Positions 23,699 to 36,967 are shown, numbered from the stretch's first letter. The stretch: 64,000 nucleotides of DNA from Epiperipatus broadwayi (GCA_028023455.1 JAQFVV010000006.1:10478001-10542000); one strand, 5' to 3'. Numbers and translations are program-made. Notes: generated by a model not told the origin, from the sequence alone.

Positions 23699-26600
23699 CA
23701 GATTTGTTTGTGAAAAAAATCAAAATACAATTTATTAAAAGAGATGGTTTATTTACAGGTATAAGATGCCAAAAGAGATTCTGTTACATCTTAGTGATAG
23801 CAGGCAATCATAAGCAATAAACACCAATGTATAAATACAATGTCTCATAAAAATAAAGTTTCAAGTAGTTAATAGGTATAAAACATATATTTTCTGGGTT
23901 CAGCCATTGGTGTACCAAATTTGAGCAATCAAACTATAAGTACTTAATATGGATAAATCAAAATGTCTTTATGTAATGCTTATTTATTTGAAACATATTG
24001 ATTGAAATATTAAGAATTCACACACACACATATATATATAGATCATTAAAACCCAGTCAATACTTGGGCTATCCCAATATTAATAACAATCAACAATTTC
24101 AAACTGTTGTCAAGGCAACCTCCTTTTAACAATAAAAGTAGAATAATACAAATAAAATGTCTGTTAATTAAAAACTATTGTAATATATAATGAATTTAAG
24201 TGACATTAAGAAACAATGGATTATTAGGGAGTGACAGAATCAATATAAAAAAGTTCTTAAACTTAAATGCAAACTTCATTTTTTAAGAATTGTAAAGTTT
24301 ATCATGTATTCCCGAAGTGTTGCAATGTAAATTTTATTTATTGATATATATATAATAAAATGTAAATATATTCCAAATAACAGTAAATAACAAAATAAAT
24401 TGTAATATAAACTTTAATGAATAGTAGTACTTTCAATTATATTCATAATCATTTTCAACCAAACTGACTTAATTTCAAAATGAAGTAAAATAACATCATC
24501 CGGAAACTGCATGCCAATTTACATATCTCATAATTCACTAATCTTAATATTCATTAATTGTCTGTTTACTATCATATTCTTATGTTACATTTTTATTACA
24601 AGATTATATTTTCTTACAATATTTATATTTTATTACAATATTTTTATTAGCAGACATTTATTGTATTTTTGTGTTACACACACACAAATATATATAACGT
24701 TTTCCATTTTGCTAGGCCTCTACACGCTAATATAAACTGCGCGCGAGTTGATCAAGTTATGTCGAAAAGAAGAAAGTTGTATTTCTATTTCTAAAAAACA
24801 TAACTATATTTCCTGATCAAACTCGACCTATTAATTGTTGAGAATTATGCTATTGACGAAATCAGCTTTTAATTTATTCCATATGGGCACCAGGTCCTTT
24901 TATTCTAAAGAGACCGCTGAAATCTGTCACCAGCATGTCTCGCAAATAAAAAAAGAAAGAATACTTTTAACTTAATCGGTATTACATCATACCGTAATGA
25001 GAATTTTTTTTTAAGATTATTATTCCTGGGCTTATTGAAACATATTGGCAAAGGTAAATTACATTTTAAATCTTATTAAACTAATAATAAATTTAATAAT
25101 AAAAAATAATGACTATTATTAATAACGGACAAATGAAAGTTGATATTAGAAATATTTTTTTTATTATAACAGATTAAAAAAAATAAGTTAAAATGAGAAT
25201 TCCTAATCAAGTAAATTAGAGAGAACACATATTAATTCAAATATGATGCAATCAATAAAATAAAATAATTAATTAAAAAGTTCTGGTATAAACAAAAGTC
25301 TTTTGTACAGAAAAATGAAAGTCTCTATCAGGATTATTTTAAGACTTGTTTGCAAACGCTTAATTTTTTCACAATCAGGAATAAGTAGTCTTAACTTACC
25401 GGTAAGTTTTGTGAATTCACGAAGGTTGTAGATAACTATGCATAGTTTTTCGGGGTTGAATTGAGATCATGGCCTTTGATTATTAGTTGATCTTGGTGCT
25501 GGTTCCATAGGCTAGTCGTGTAAGCTTCTCTGATGTCCATTGGTAATGATGTCAGCTAAAGCTCTGGTCTACTCTCATATGAATAACTTTTTCATCATAG
25601 AGTGGTCTGGATTCTTTAATCCAAAACCAACCAAAAGAATATCAGCTAAACCAAGACATTCCTCCAACCGAATCCCTCCTTTTTATACTAGAGGTCCAGT
25701 TTTCGGACTTGTGCACATGCTAATATCATGGCATTTTGTGTTTATAATCTTATACAGTCTTTATCATTTTTCAATTACTAAGTTCTCATTTTTTTTATCA
25801 AGTTTTTCAGCCATGTTTAATTAGCTAAAATATTTTTCTTTTAGCTTATCTTTTCTTTTAGCTTATCTTTTTACTTGCTTTTGGAATTCTTTTGTTCTCT
25901 CCAATTCTACTTTTATTTCCAATTACGTAAAAAAAAAAATACGAAAGAAAAATTTAACTTTCATTGTAAGTTATTTTTTTAAAAAAAAAATTAATAGTCA
26001 AAAAAAATAATCTAAATTTACTTTTTTTTTTTTTTTTAGCTTTTACCAAATGCCAATATATTTGCAACGTATATAAATAAACGTTACAATATATATATAT
26101 AACAGAACAAAACAAATTAGATCAAGTAGTCTTTGAACATGTCAAAACTATCTCCCATTGAATACTTATTACATATACATTCAACTGCTCATAAATAGTA
26201 TACATAATTATGGTTATTAATTAATTTGTTGATGTAATGTCTTCTGCATAATATAGTGATTACCATTATCAGTGGATATGACATTATATCAACAAATTAA
26301 TTAATAGTCACAATTGTGTACACTAATTTCAAGCAGCTGAATGTATGTGTGATAAGTATTCAACCAAAGATGGTGAATATATTGATGATGATGATTCGCT
26401 AGAATTTAAATATCAACAATAATTCTAATAATTGGGATAAAGGCAAAAAGGTTTATGTTAGATTATTGTGAAGAAATGGCAAAATTTATATTTGTTTTGT
26501 ATGCTATATACCTGACATTTTTAGTCATAAGATGTTATACAAGCACCAATCATTAATTGAACATATAAAATAATATCTATCACTCCTTAATCAAGCTCAG

Positions 26601-28183
26601 GAAATACATCAACTTACTCTCTTTTAATATGGTTTATTCTCTTCTGTTTTGATCACTTTTTAACTGCAATAAACATAAAAAACTCAAAAGCTGATATATA
26701 GACTACAGTTTAATAAACTAATAAAACAATAAATCATTCAAGATAAATCAATTAACAACTTAAACATACTTAATTATTGGATATATGATTACAATTTCAT
26801 AAAAATTTAATTATACCATGTAAATAATAATTAACAATCATTAAGTAATAACTTGGCTAACTACAATCTATTTTCTCTTTAATTGTTCTCTAAAACGCTG
26901 TATTTACATCACGAAATTATTCTGGGAAAACTAATCGATAAATTTAAGATTTAACATACTTTGCATATCTAAAATTCTACATTCATAACTAATTAAAAAA
27001 TACAACAGAAAACTAAAAGATTTTTCTGTTATAAGAAATCCATTTTTTTTTCTTTTTAAAAAGTAATTTAAAAATAAACTTTATGATCTCCGTTGATATT
27101 GTTAAAAATGTTTTAATTTGAAAAAGAATTTGAAACATTACAGTTGGGTTTGTTCATTTAAATTGTCTTTTTTTTTTTTTAATTTTTAAATCAAAATCAA
27201 ACTTCTTACATCCTTCATTTAGAGCTCGGGTCGTCTACAATGGATTAAAGAAAGCTAAGGGGAAGTAAGTTTTGAATGCTTTTCCATTGTCTCTTCAGGT
27301 TGCTGAATTACTTAGTCCATATGAAGCACTGATGTATTTTTTTGGAGTGGGAATAAAAAGAAAACAACTATCCAGTGGTTGTGGAAATCTGAATAAATAA
27401 AAAAGAAGTTTTATTTTAATATTATTTATATTCATTTGTTTCAGTTGTTGTTGTTAGAATGTCTGTCAGCTCATTTTTATTTGGATTTTTGGTTTTATTT
27501 ATAATTTGTATCAACTGGAGTTGACAATTAATTCTTGTTTTCCTAAAAATGTTGACAATACTTCAACATCAACCACACTTCTCTATCCCCACCACTTCCC
27601 ACACTTTTTAAAATGCAATTAAGAAATAAATGTCAAAAGTTGTAAAGACAAAGATGAACAAAAATTCCAAACCAATTTCTCACTTACAAATAAGAAGAAG
27701 CTCTTTGAAAATATCTACATCATTAATTTTGGAAGTTAATATTAGGTAGGTGGTATTATGAAAAATCAAAATCAACTTTGAAAACTATAATTAATCACAT
27801 CCCCCACTCTCTCACATTCATCACCACTCCATCCTTCTTTTTTACAAAACCAAATAAGAAATTGAAAAGAAAGAATACTAAAATTTCACCAAAACAGAAA
27901 CCTACCCCATAAAAAGTAATAATGAGGTTTTAGATTATACACTGATTTTATAAATTATATCGTCATAGTATTCCTACAGTAAATTACCAATTTTTCAATT
28001 CCAAAAAATATTTCACTGCATGGTTACTCATTTTAGTTTTATGATACCCATGTTTAAATATTCAACTAAAGAGAAAATCAAATGTAGATATCTGAGTACA
28101 TCAAAAGTAAGTAAAGAATTCCAAAAGTTTAATTAATCCTTATAAAATTTAGAATTCCTTTTTTCAAGTACTAAAAGTGAATT

Positions 28184-28290
28184 GTTGTCAAGCATTGATA
28201 GTCAGTGGTCAGCACAGCCGCCTTACAAGCAGTTGTCCCGGGTTTGCGGATCCGCTTCCCGGCCGATGCTTTGACATATGAAAAAAAAAA
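28184..28290 (+). mobile_element. tRNA-Gly-derived SINE
   Basis: tgtcaaGCATTG..GCCGCCTTACAAGCAGTTG..CCCGGCCGATGCtttgaca-tatg-A10; TSD AAAAGTGAATT. Confidence 0.85.
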
Positions 28291-28379
28291 GTGAATTTTT
28301 CCAGATCCTTATAAAATGATTTTTTTTTATAATATGCTCATGAGAGTTTAAAAAAAAAATAAACATGATAAATTAATTA

Positions 28380-29440
28380 GTTGCCAAAAATGCTTCTAAC
28401 GCTAGCTGAGGAAAAAGATTTATTCTGTATCTTTATTTTATTAACAGTAGCCAAGCACACTTTTCAGCTTAAGAATCCAGATTCATAGCTCTCATAAAGG
28501 CACTAATATTCTGCAATATTTATATGTAAAATGCTAATAATTTAAATTACTTATTTATATATTCAATTTGTTTGAGAGTTGTACACAATTCTCTTTTTTA
28601 TTAATGGCATGGTTGCTATTTATATATAGGCTATATGAGCACAAACTTTCACACGACCCACTCTCTCCACACTATCTCATAACACTGATACACTTGAACA
28701 CATATATGTTGAAAAGATAAATAATCGCCGATATATGTATTTCATGCTAAACCAGCAATCATCAGTTGGTCCAGATTACCATCTCTACACATATATTCTA
28801 TAAGTGCTCAGATATATATTAAGGTAGCCAAACTTCATACTTTAATGTTCATGAGGGATCAGATTGACCTTAGTTCAACATGGGTGTGACAAGAATCTCA
28901 GCCTCAGGATGGTCTTTGAGCATTCCGTCATCAGATTTTTAATTGATGGACGGTTGAAGAGTTGGAGTGTGGAGTAGATTGAAGTCTGCTCATTAAAGTA
29001 TGAGGTTTGGCTATCTTAATATATATCTGAGTACTTATAGCATATATGTGTAGAGATGGTAATCTGGACCAACTGAGCATGAAATACGTATATTGGGATT
29101 ATTTATCTTTTCAACATATATGTGTTCAAGTGTATCAGTGTTATGAGATAGTGTGGAGAGTGGTGGGTCATGTGAAATTCTGTGCGCATATACCCTATAT
29201 ATTACATATACAGACACAGGTATATAATAATCCTGTGTGTTTCAGTTATGGTTGCTGTTTGCAATAAACGACACTTCCTTTTTTTTTTTTCACGTTTCTC
29301 CATCGAATCAGCCACCTTATGAATGCTATAAATCTGATTTCTCTAGCCCAAAATGTGCTCAGCTACTGTTGATAAATAAAGACTTGGAATAAACCCTTTT
29401 TTAGCCAACATTAGAAATGTTTTTGGCAATTAATTAACAA
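28380..29440. mobile_element. Family-C fold-back (~28620-29185) nested inside an older inverted repeat
   Basis: Inner arms ~28620-28845 and ~28990-29185 with HHR at 28727-28771 (-) and an internally deleted HHR at ~29066-29095 (+); outer degenerate arms ~28380-28500 and ~29315-29440. Confidence 0.8.
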
Positions 29441-29711
29441 AAGATAAGAAAAAAGATAACAGCTTTGAATAATAAATTAACTTTCATTTAAAAAGGAATA
29501 ATTTAATTTGTATGTGTACATGTATATCAACTTCTTAAGCATATGTGAAATATACGGATCTACTCCAAGAAAATATTATAATTATAATATAATTAAGGAA
29601 AATTAAATGTTCATTTTTAGATAATTGAAGTTCCAGTTATAAATAAACTTTTAAAATTATAAATATTAGTAAATACTTTAGAGAAAGACTTTAACTTTTA
29701 TCATGAGCTAT

Positions 29712-30095
29712 AACAGGCAAAACTCACTATATGTATTCTCACACACAGCAAGATAGAGTAATCAATGGATGCCAGAAGGGTTGTGCATAAAATCCTTATC
29801 TAGTGCCTACTCATCCAATATCCCCAGACTAGTTTCTGGCTTGTGGCCTTTGTCAGTGAGAAGCCTTGGATCTGAGAGCACTGCACCTAGATCTTAGGAT
29901 CTAATGCAACCCTCCAGCAGCCACCTTTTATCTCCAGTTAACTACAAAATATTGGATGAGTAGGCACTAGTTAGGGATTTTATGCACAAGCCTTCTGGCA
30001 TCCATTGATTACTGCTGTGTGTGGCAATAAGTATAGTGTGTTTTGCCTGTTTTAAAACAGTTATACCCAAGCATAAGAAGTGGTGGTCATATAAT
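29712..30095. mobile_element. Family-A fold-back (HHR core mutated to CTGACAA)
   Basis: Left arm 29712-29950 matches 3742-3978; inverted right arm 29951-30095 carries the tail. Confidence 0.85.
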
Positions 30096-30109
30096 GCTTA
30101 TAATAGCCA

Positions 30110-31105
30110 ACTGATGCCTCTTTTAACTATAGAGGGACCTCGACACAAGATAGCTACTTTATAACGACAAGAACAGCAATTTTATCGTTAATCTAAATTC
30201 CCACTTATATAGACCAATATAAAGAATCTCGATTTGAGAGCATGAAACTGTTAGTAACTTCACTTTTGTTCACAATTTCCTTTACAGATTAATCTTCACC
30301 AAATCTTGCAGTTTACAATGAGTTAATAATTACGATCTTATACTGGCAGTTTATCAACTAATATAAAAATATGATTGTTTATTACGTGCATAGGAAGATT
30401 TTGGCAAAAGTTAATTTGTAAAAATGCAGTGTTTGTGCATTGGCAGACAAATGAACTAAAAATGTTATGCATGCGTTTTAATATATTACTCTAGTAAATA
30501 AATTAAAGAGAGTGCTGCTACTAACTTCCACTCCTGAATTTGTGCACAATAAACTGATTGTTATAAAAAGCCTGAGTCTGTTCCTTCTGTGCAGTTCAGC
30601 ACCTTCTAACATGAAGCATATAGTAAATGGCATATACAATAAGCAGCCATGATTTACTGATAAAGTTGCAAAATGTAAATAGCAGAAGCAAACAGGTAAA
30701 TTACCGAAGTTCAAGAGTAGAAATAACAAATTTGTTGAACTTTATAAGGCAACTCAAATTTTTCTTCCATCATCATCATCTACTAATAATTATGAAGTAT
30801 ATTAACATCCTCCTTTGTAATTCGTTTAATTAAATAATTATATATAAAATGACAAATGTACGTTAGTCTGATTTTACGCTATCTGACTGATTTCTGAGGA
30901 GAAACCCTCAGACACGGCAAAAGGAAATAGTGGACTTAAAATGTGAAGAGAGTAACAGCTTCATGTTCTCAAAGCAAGATGCTTCAGATTGGTATATATA
31001 GGTGAGAATTTAGGTTAAAAATAAGATGGCTGTTTTTATCTATTATAAAGTCATTATCTTGTGTTGAGACTTGAGACGTCCCCCTATAGTCAAAAAAAGA
31101 CATCA
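30110..31105. repeat. Degenerate ~1-kb element with ~155-bp inverted arms
   Basis: 30110-30265 versus 30943-31105 (ctatagagggac..cacaagata..ctttataa / ttataaag..tatcttgtg..gtcccctatag). Confidence 0.6.
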
Positions 31106-31374
31106 CTTAAAGTATTTACATACTTACTATATGCTTAATAAATGATCACAACTTTACAATAGTTTAAATATTATGAAGATAAATTTATCTAATTTTAACA
31201 GTACTTTTAATAAAATCTAACCACTGTTTTTTCTTAGTGTTGATCCTATATGTTCTCTGAAGTAAAGTGCTAACGTTGATCATTTTACTGCAAGTAAAGA
31301 GCTATAATGAAGCTTCAAGATATTATTACCAATAGGAATTTATTAAGCCTTGAAAGAAATAAAATGATGGAGAT

Positions 31375-31715
31375 ACCAATAACTTCAGATTCCATGGGCA
31401 ACTGCTACAGCCTTTTCCTCTTATTTAATTATCCATGGTTATGATTCAGTGGTCCTTTTAAAAAAATAAAATAGCATGACTTAGCTGTTCTCTAATAGTA
31501 AGCAGTAAAGATGCTCTTAATTGATTAAATTTAAAATTTACTATACTCAAAATCAGATTTAAAACTTCATTGGATTCGATTTGGTTTCTCAGCCTTTTAT
31601 ATACATCTTTGTTTTACAAATTATTTTGTTTCTCAATAAGTATTTTCTTTATAATTGATTTTCTGTTCCAAATTACTTAATTGGTATCTATTATCTGACC
31701 CATTATAATCTTTAT
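31375..31715 (+). repeat. ~340-bp repeat X, also at 40745-41080
   Basis: Colinear: gggcaactgct..catgg(t/g)tatgattcagtg..gacttagctgt..agcagtaaagatgct..gattttctgttccaaatt. Confidence 0.85.
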
Positions 31716-31789
31716 TTAAAAATTTTACTTCTAAATATAAAAATATTAATAATAATGTTAATTCTTCTGATAAAAAACTATGGATATCA

Positions 31790-32340
31790 ACAGCATATAT
31801 TTCGAATCAATAGGCAAGTTTCATTAAGAAAATTTATAAAGGAATATGTGATATTGCATTTTATGCACGACCTAATTAAATAAATTAATAAACAATTCAA
31901 AAGATAAAACTTTATTGACAAATAAAAATTGTATCATTTACAAATGCACATGTAGGTGTGGTAGTGGATATATAGGTGAATCGAGGTGCACATTGGAAAA
32001 AAGAACAAAAGAGCATGTATTATTATTTAAAAGGGTTCAAAATACGAAACAAAATATTAAAAATAGTGATAATTTATCAGCTTCTGTTTTTTATGACCAT
32101 AATAAATCATGTGTATATGGTTTTGATTTTAATTATAACAATGTAAAAATATTGGAAACTGAAAGAAATAATAATAAAAGGAAAATTAAAGAGGCAATGT
32201 TAATTTATAAATATAAGCAAGATTTGCAAACGTTAAGATCACAGAATTATGGGAATATTGACATGATGGAATTATGGGAAAGCTGACATTTTTAAAAGTG
32301 ATAGTTGACAAAGCTACAAGTTAGTTGAAGGTGCTTCTAA
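31790..32340 (+). mobile_element. Penelope-like element 3' fragment (family P2) with open GIY-YIG remnant 31915-32286
   Basis: IIYKCTCRCGSGYIGESRCTLEKRTKEH...H..CxxxFDFNNVKILETERNNNKRKIKEAMLI; upstream PYI..K..I.FY..KDK linker typical of PLEs. Confidence 0.85.
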
Positions 32341-32572
32341 GTGACGGTTATACATATATTTTTTATAAACTATTAAGTACTGTATTTTCAAATATTTATT
32401 TATAAATTTACAAACATATATATATATAATTAAAATTAGTCAACACTTAGGCAGTCACAATATCAATAACAATTAACAATCTGAATCTGTTGTCAAGGCA
32501 ACTTCCTTTTAGCAATAAATATGTATTTATATATGAAAATATAATGTAAATAGCTAGATAAAAAATAGTAGG

Positions 32573-32702
32573 AAACATGCAAATCATCCATCCTGATGTC
32601 AAAATATTTCAATTTAGCTCTTTTGAAGCTCAGACTTTATATTTATTCACAGAGGGCGTTGCTGAAATATCTTAACATTGTGATGGGTGATTTGAAAGTT
32701 TC
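32573..32702. other. Hairpin with ~40-bp arms upstream of the gene exon (also 36754-36882 and 41761-41888)
   Basis: Copy 3: aaacactcaaatcacccatcccgatgttaagatatttcaa pairs with ctgaaatatcttaacattgtgatgggtgatttgagagttt at 36 of 40 positions. Confidence 0.85.
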
Positions 32703-32755
32703 TTATTTATATATATATAATTATCTATATTTAATTTTTCTCTCCAATTTTTTAG

Positions 32756-33196
32756 GTAATACATATTTTAATTTTTAAGATTGTTGATTGTACATATGAT
32801 ATGCATCAGGATCAATATGATTACAGTTACTCTAATTATCCCAGTAGTCCTCCTATAGTATATGTCCCGATACCATCACCCTCTCCTGGACCTACCATAA
32901 TGTTGGTTCAGCCTTCTCAACAGAGTAGCAAATCATCAAGCAATTTTAACTTACTGCCTTTCCTGTTTATGTCAAGGCTAAATCAAGTTTCACAGAGGGA
33001 TGCAATGTTTTCAATGCCAATGATTCAATCGTTTATGGGCCAACCTACAAGTGTGGTTTTACCATCAGGAGCAACTGTGCCTATACTAGGAAGCTCACCT
33101 CCATCAATCACCCAAACAATGACATTTCCCATTTCCTCCAGTACAAGCAGTCTTACCAATCAGAACACTAATGTACGAGTGAATCGTACAAATTGA
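32756..33196 (+). CDS. Terminal exon of an unknown Ser/Pro/Gln-rich protein, copy 1 (possibly secreted)
   Basis: Acceptor tttttag|G; open frame VIHILIFKIVDCTYD-MHQDQYDYSYSNYPSSPPIVYVPIPSPSPGP...RTN*; AATAAA downstream; all indels relative to copy 2 are in frame; first exon not found. Confidence 0.7.
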   Translation, partial: VIHILIFKIVDCTYDMHQDQYDYSYSNYPSSPPIVYVPIPSPSPGPTIMLVQPSQQSSKSSSNFNLLPFLFMSRLNQVSQRDAMFSMPMIQSFMGQPTSVVLPSGATVPILGSSPPSITQTMTFPISSSTSSLTNQNTNVRVNRTN

Positions 33197-33874
33197 ATAA
33201 ATATGCATTATGTTATTAATTATTATTTATAAAAAAATCTAAGTTTATTTCTATTTGTAATTTATTTTTTTACTCTTTATTATTAATAAATCGTTTTATT
33301 TACCAAAAAATAATGTAAAATTGATGTATAACATTTTTCTCTGCCTGGAAACATAACCAAATGCTTAATAGAGATACAATTATGAAGCAGTATTTGACTA
33401 TCGGTTATATAAATACACTATAATTTGAATTACAAGTGACAAATTTCTTACTTACATCTTCAATGTTATTCACTTTAGATAAATATATTAATGATTATTA
33501 CTAAGGATTTATTAAACTAAAGATTATCCCTAGTCCGGATATAAACTGTCTCTCTTTAAAGATTAATATACCTGTTTTTAAATCAAATATAAATATATGG
33601 AATAACTCAATTACCCCCGCTCCACTACCACATACACACACACATTTAATATTTTTTTAAATATACTTAAAATATCCACTCCACCATTCATTCATGAAAC
33701 ATATGAATAAAGGCATATGAAACAATCAAATGATCTTATAATAATTATAAAAAAGGCACTCTTTAAATATACTTGTAGCTCATAAATGTTTATAAATATA
33801 TTAAATAATCTCAATACTACCATATATATTTTTTAATTCATATACATAAAGATACAATAAAAAGCTAATGAACC

Positions 33875-33914
33875 CCAAGATGCATTTCATGCTGAACCAG
33901 CACTCGTCAGTTGG
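33875..33914 (-). ncRNA. Intact hammerhead ribozyme, family C
   Basis: CCAA-CTGACGA-GTGCTG GTT CAGCAT-GAAA-TGCAT-C|TTGG; palindromic ATGCAT, AUC site. Confidence 0.8.
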
Positions 33915-34499
33915 TCCAGGTCACCATCTCTCACATTTATCTTTACTACATGGAAAATATTTACCTTTAATAAATATTTACATTTTGTATTACAAGTACG
34001 AAACTAACTAAACCCACATCTTTGACACCATCCACTTTAGATTAATACAGTAATCATTATTACTAATCATTTATTAAACTAAAGATTGTCTCTAGCACAG
34101 ATATAAACTTTAAAACTCAATTAAAGATTAATATATCTGATTTTTTTTTTAATTAAGCACACATGAAATGCATCTTGGGGGTCATTTGTCTTTTATGGCA
34201 TCTTTATTTATATGAATTTAAAATTATATATGGTAATATTGAGGCTATTTAATATATTTATAAAGATATTACACATGAGAAAAAGAAATGCGAATAACTT
34301 CATGTGTGTGTGCACTTAATTATTAAAAAACAGATATATTATTCTTTAATTGAGTATTAAAGTTTATATCTGTTCTAGAGACAATCTCTGGTTTAGTAAA
34401 TGATTAGTAATAATCATTACTGTATTTACCTAAAGTGGATGGTGTCATAGTTGTGGGTTGAGTTAGTTTGGTGCTTGTAATTCAAAATGTACTTCATAA

Positions 34500-36090
34500 T
34501 TATTATTAAATCATGATATCTTGATTTACAACTTCCAAATTTACCAGAATTCCTTATTTCTAACAGCATCACTGCAGATAAATACTTAAAGGATTATTTT
34601 CATTATATAGTAAAGTTTCATTATGCTGCAAAGATTATAAACTTATGACTCCTTTAAAGATTTACATCTTAACACTATTTTCAACTGGGCCAATCATATT
34701 CATAGCACCAGTATGGGTTTATAAAAGAGAGAACATAAATTAGTTAGTATGCAAATTTATAAATTTAAATATAACACCTGCATGAAAATGCAGTACCTTA
34801 GTCTTTTTTGTTTATAGTGTGGATCTTATTTGCGATAAACCACACCTCTTTATATATTCTCTTTTGATCATTGTGCTCATTGCAAAAAACTTTGATATTG
34901 AGTGAATTTAAATTGTCATTCTAGTTGCTCTCGTGAGCTAAAAATACCAACTTTATGCTGAAGTCTGTTTTGGTAGGTTTGTATATGTATATGTTTTGCA
35001 CTAATCTAGTAGTACTGTTGACGTGAGATACACAACAGTAAATTCTTTTGCATGTTGGTTCATTGCAGATAATTTTATAGATTATTTGGAGGGCCTGGTC
35101 TGGAGATAACTTGTCTTTGGTGTTAGTCAACATTTAGCTGAGATTCCGGGGAGAGGGGTTCTAAAACTAATGTTGACATTGTTCGAACAGATTTTCTTCA
35201 GCTGTTTAGATGTGTATAGTATGAAAGTAAGTCTGATCCATGTGTTAGTGTTGTTCTTGTTCACATGCCTGGTGTTTAGAGTGGAGTAGAATTTTTTTAA
35301 GTCTTAGTTAATGTACTATGATCATACTCTGAGTTGACTAGGTCTTTTATATAGTCTTTGAAGGTTGTCTCTTTTATCTACCTCAAACTTGCCTAACTAT
35401 ATTATCCCAACCAAATGTAGAACAACAACAAACGCACCTTATTTTTGGTCCAGGCTTTCCAAATAGTTTATAAAATTAACTGCAATTAACCAACTTCCAA
35501 AGCAATTTATTATGATGAGTGTCATGTCAACAGAGCTATTAGATTAGCACCACACCAATATGTATACAAATGCACCAAAACAGATATCAACATAAAATCG
35601 ATATTTTTAGAGCATGAGAGTGACTTGGACCACAATTTCAGTCCACTCAATATCAAAGTTGTTTGCACTGAGTGCAATGATTGAAAGAAAAAATACAAAG
35701 GGGCATGATTTATCGCAAAATAACACCTACACAATAAACAAAAATGCCCCATGAATTGCATATTCCATTATTATATAGGTAGTATATTTAAATTTATAAA
35801 GTTGCATACTAATTAACTTTTAGTTCTCTTTTCTGTATGCCCATATTAGTGCTACTAATATGACCATTCTAGTCAAAAGCAGTATTAAGCTGTGAATCTT
35901 TAAAGAAATCATACGTTTATAATCTTTCTTGCATAATGGACGTTCATTATATATTGAATTACAAACTAATAAGGAAAAAGAAAAGACAGCTTAAGATAAA
36001 GAATTATTAATCATATATTAGGCTAGAGATTATCATATCATTCCTACTCCAGATATAAACTTTAAACTTAGTTAAAGATTAGTGTATCTA
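34500..36090. mobile_element. PLE family P1 fold-back (minus arm ~34500-35360, plus arm ~35440-36090); repeated at ~38700-40270 and ~43640-45115
   Basis: ORF 34921-35133 (-) TKDKLSPDQALQIIYKIICNEPTCK is the GIY-YIG N-terminus; plus arm encodes the same region with stops (VYKINC..CKAIYYGE..RLAQH..HNF..VKV); linker WIRLTFI..SKQLKKI..VNISFR. Confidence 0.8.
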
Positions 36091-36264
36091 TATTTTTATT
36101 ATTTTTGTTATTGCTATTAAAAATAGTCACATGATATCAATTCATGTTCATTGATTTTTTTCTTATGACTATTAACTTTTTTAGTATACTTAAATTCTTT
36201 ATTTCTATTTCATCATATACTCTTGAAATAGATATGAGCAGAACATCCCAAAGAGATATATGAT

Positions 36265-36395
36265 TTCCAAGACACATTTGATGCTAAACCATCAAAAATC
36301 ACGCATATGCAAAAGATTGTCACCTAGGTCAACTGAAGAGACTAATTGAGCATGAAATGGGTTTTCTGATTATTCATCTTTTTCATATGCCTTTA
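36265..36395. repeat. Small degenerate family-C fold-back
   Basis: Plus strand gtcaaCTGAAGAgactaattgagcatGAAAtggg..gattattcatcttttt; inverted remnant ccaagacacatttgatgctaaacc at ~36268. Confidence 0.5.
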
Positions 36396-36967
36396 TTGAT
36401 ACATATTGTGGTTAGTATGTCACAATTATAATATAAATTATATAGATAGTGAGGACAGAATATTGTCTCCAGCTCATATGAAGACCAAACAGCAAGAAAT
36501 ACTGCTTGCCCTCATTCTTGTATTTATTTGTCACATATTGCTTAATGTTACGGTTACTACTTTAGAATATGTAATATTTAAATACTAGTATATATATATA
36601 CATATATATATAAGCAATCAACACTTAGATAGTAACAATATCAATAACAATCAACAATCTCAATCTGTTACCAAGACAACCTCCTTTTAACAATACATAT
36701 GCATTTATATGTGAAAATATCATAATGCATATCGCTAGCTGAAAAATAGTTAGAAAACACTCAAATCACCCATCCTGATGTTAAGACATTCCAATTTAGC
36801 TGTTTGAAGTTCAGACTTTATATTTATTCACAGAGGGTGTTGTTGAAATATTTTAACATTGTGATGGGTGATTTGAGAGTTTCCTATATATATATATATA
36901 TATTCAATTTTTCTCTCAGTTTCCTATATATATATATATATATTCAATTTTTCTCTCATTTTTTTAG

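Larger units (their letters stand above)
32410..36100. repeat. Segmental repeat unit 1 (copies at ~36590-40285 and ~41595-45115)
   Basis: Colinear high-identity blocks starting at (TA)n-aattaaaat.agtcaacac and ending near ccagatataaactttaaac. Confidence 0.95.

Noticed and set aside
25380-25830. Gag-like zinc-knuckle ORF on the minus strand
   Set aside because: GC-richer and possibly TE-derived, but needs a frameshift, spacing is CX2CX5HX4C and there are several stops
27223-27400. Two exons joined by a 34-nt intron (ARVVYNGLKKAKG/KLLNYLVHMKH)
   Set aside because: Splice signals are good but the intron is very short, the product unrecognised and no start found
32596-32778. ORF as first exon of the repeated gene
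   Set aside because: Lies in the hairpin; the frame has a stop in copy 2 and is shifted in copy 3; no conserved donor gives the right phase
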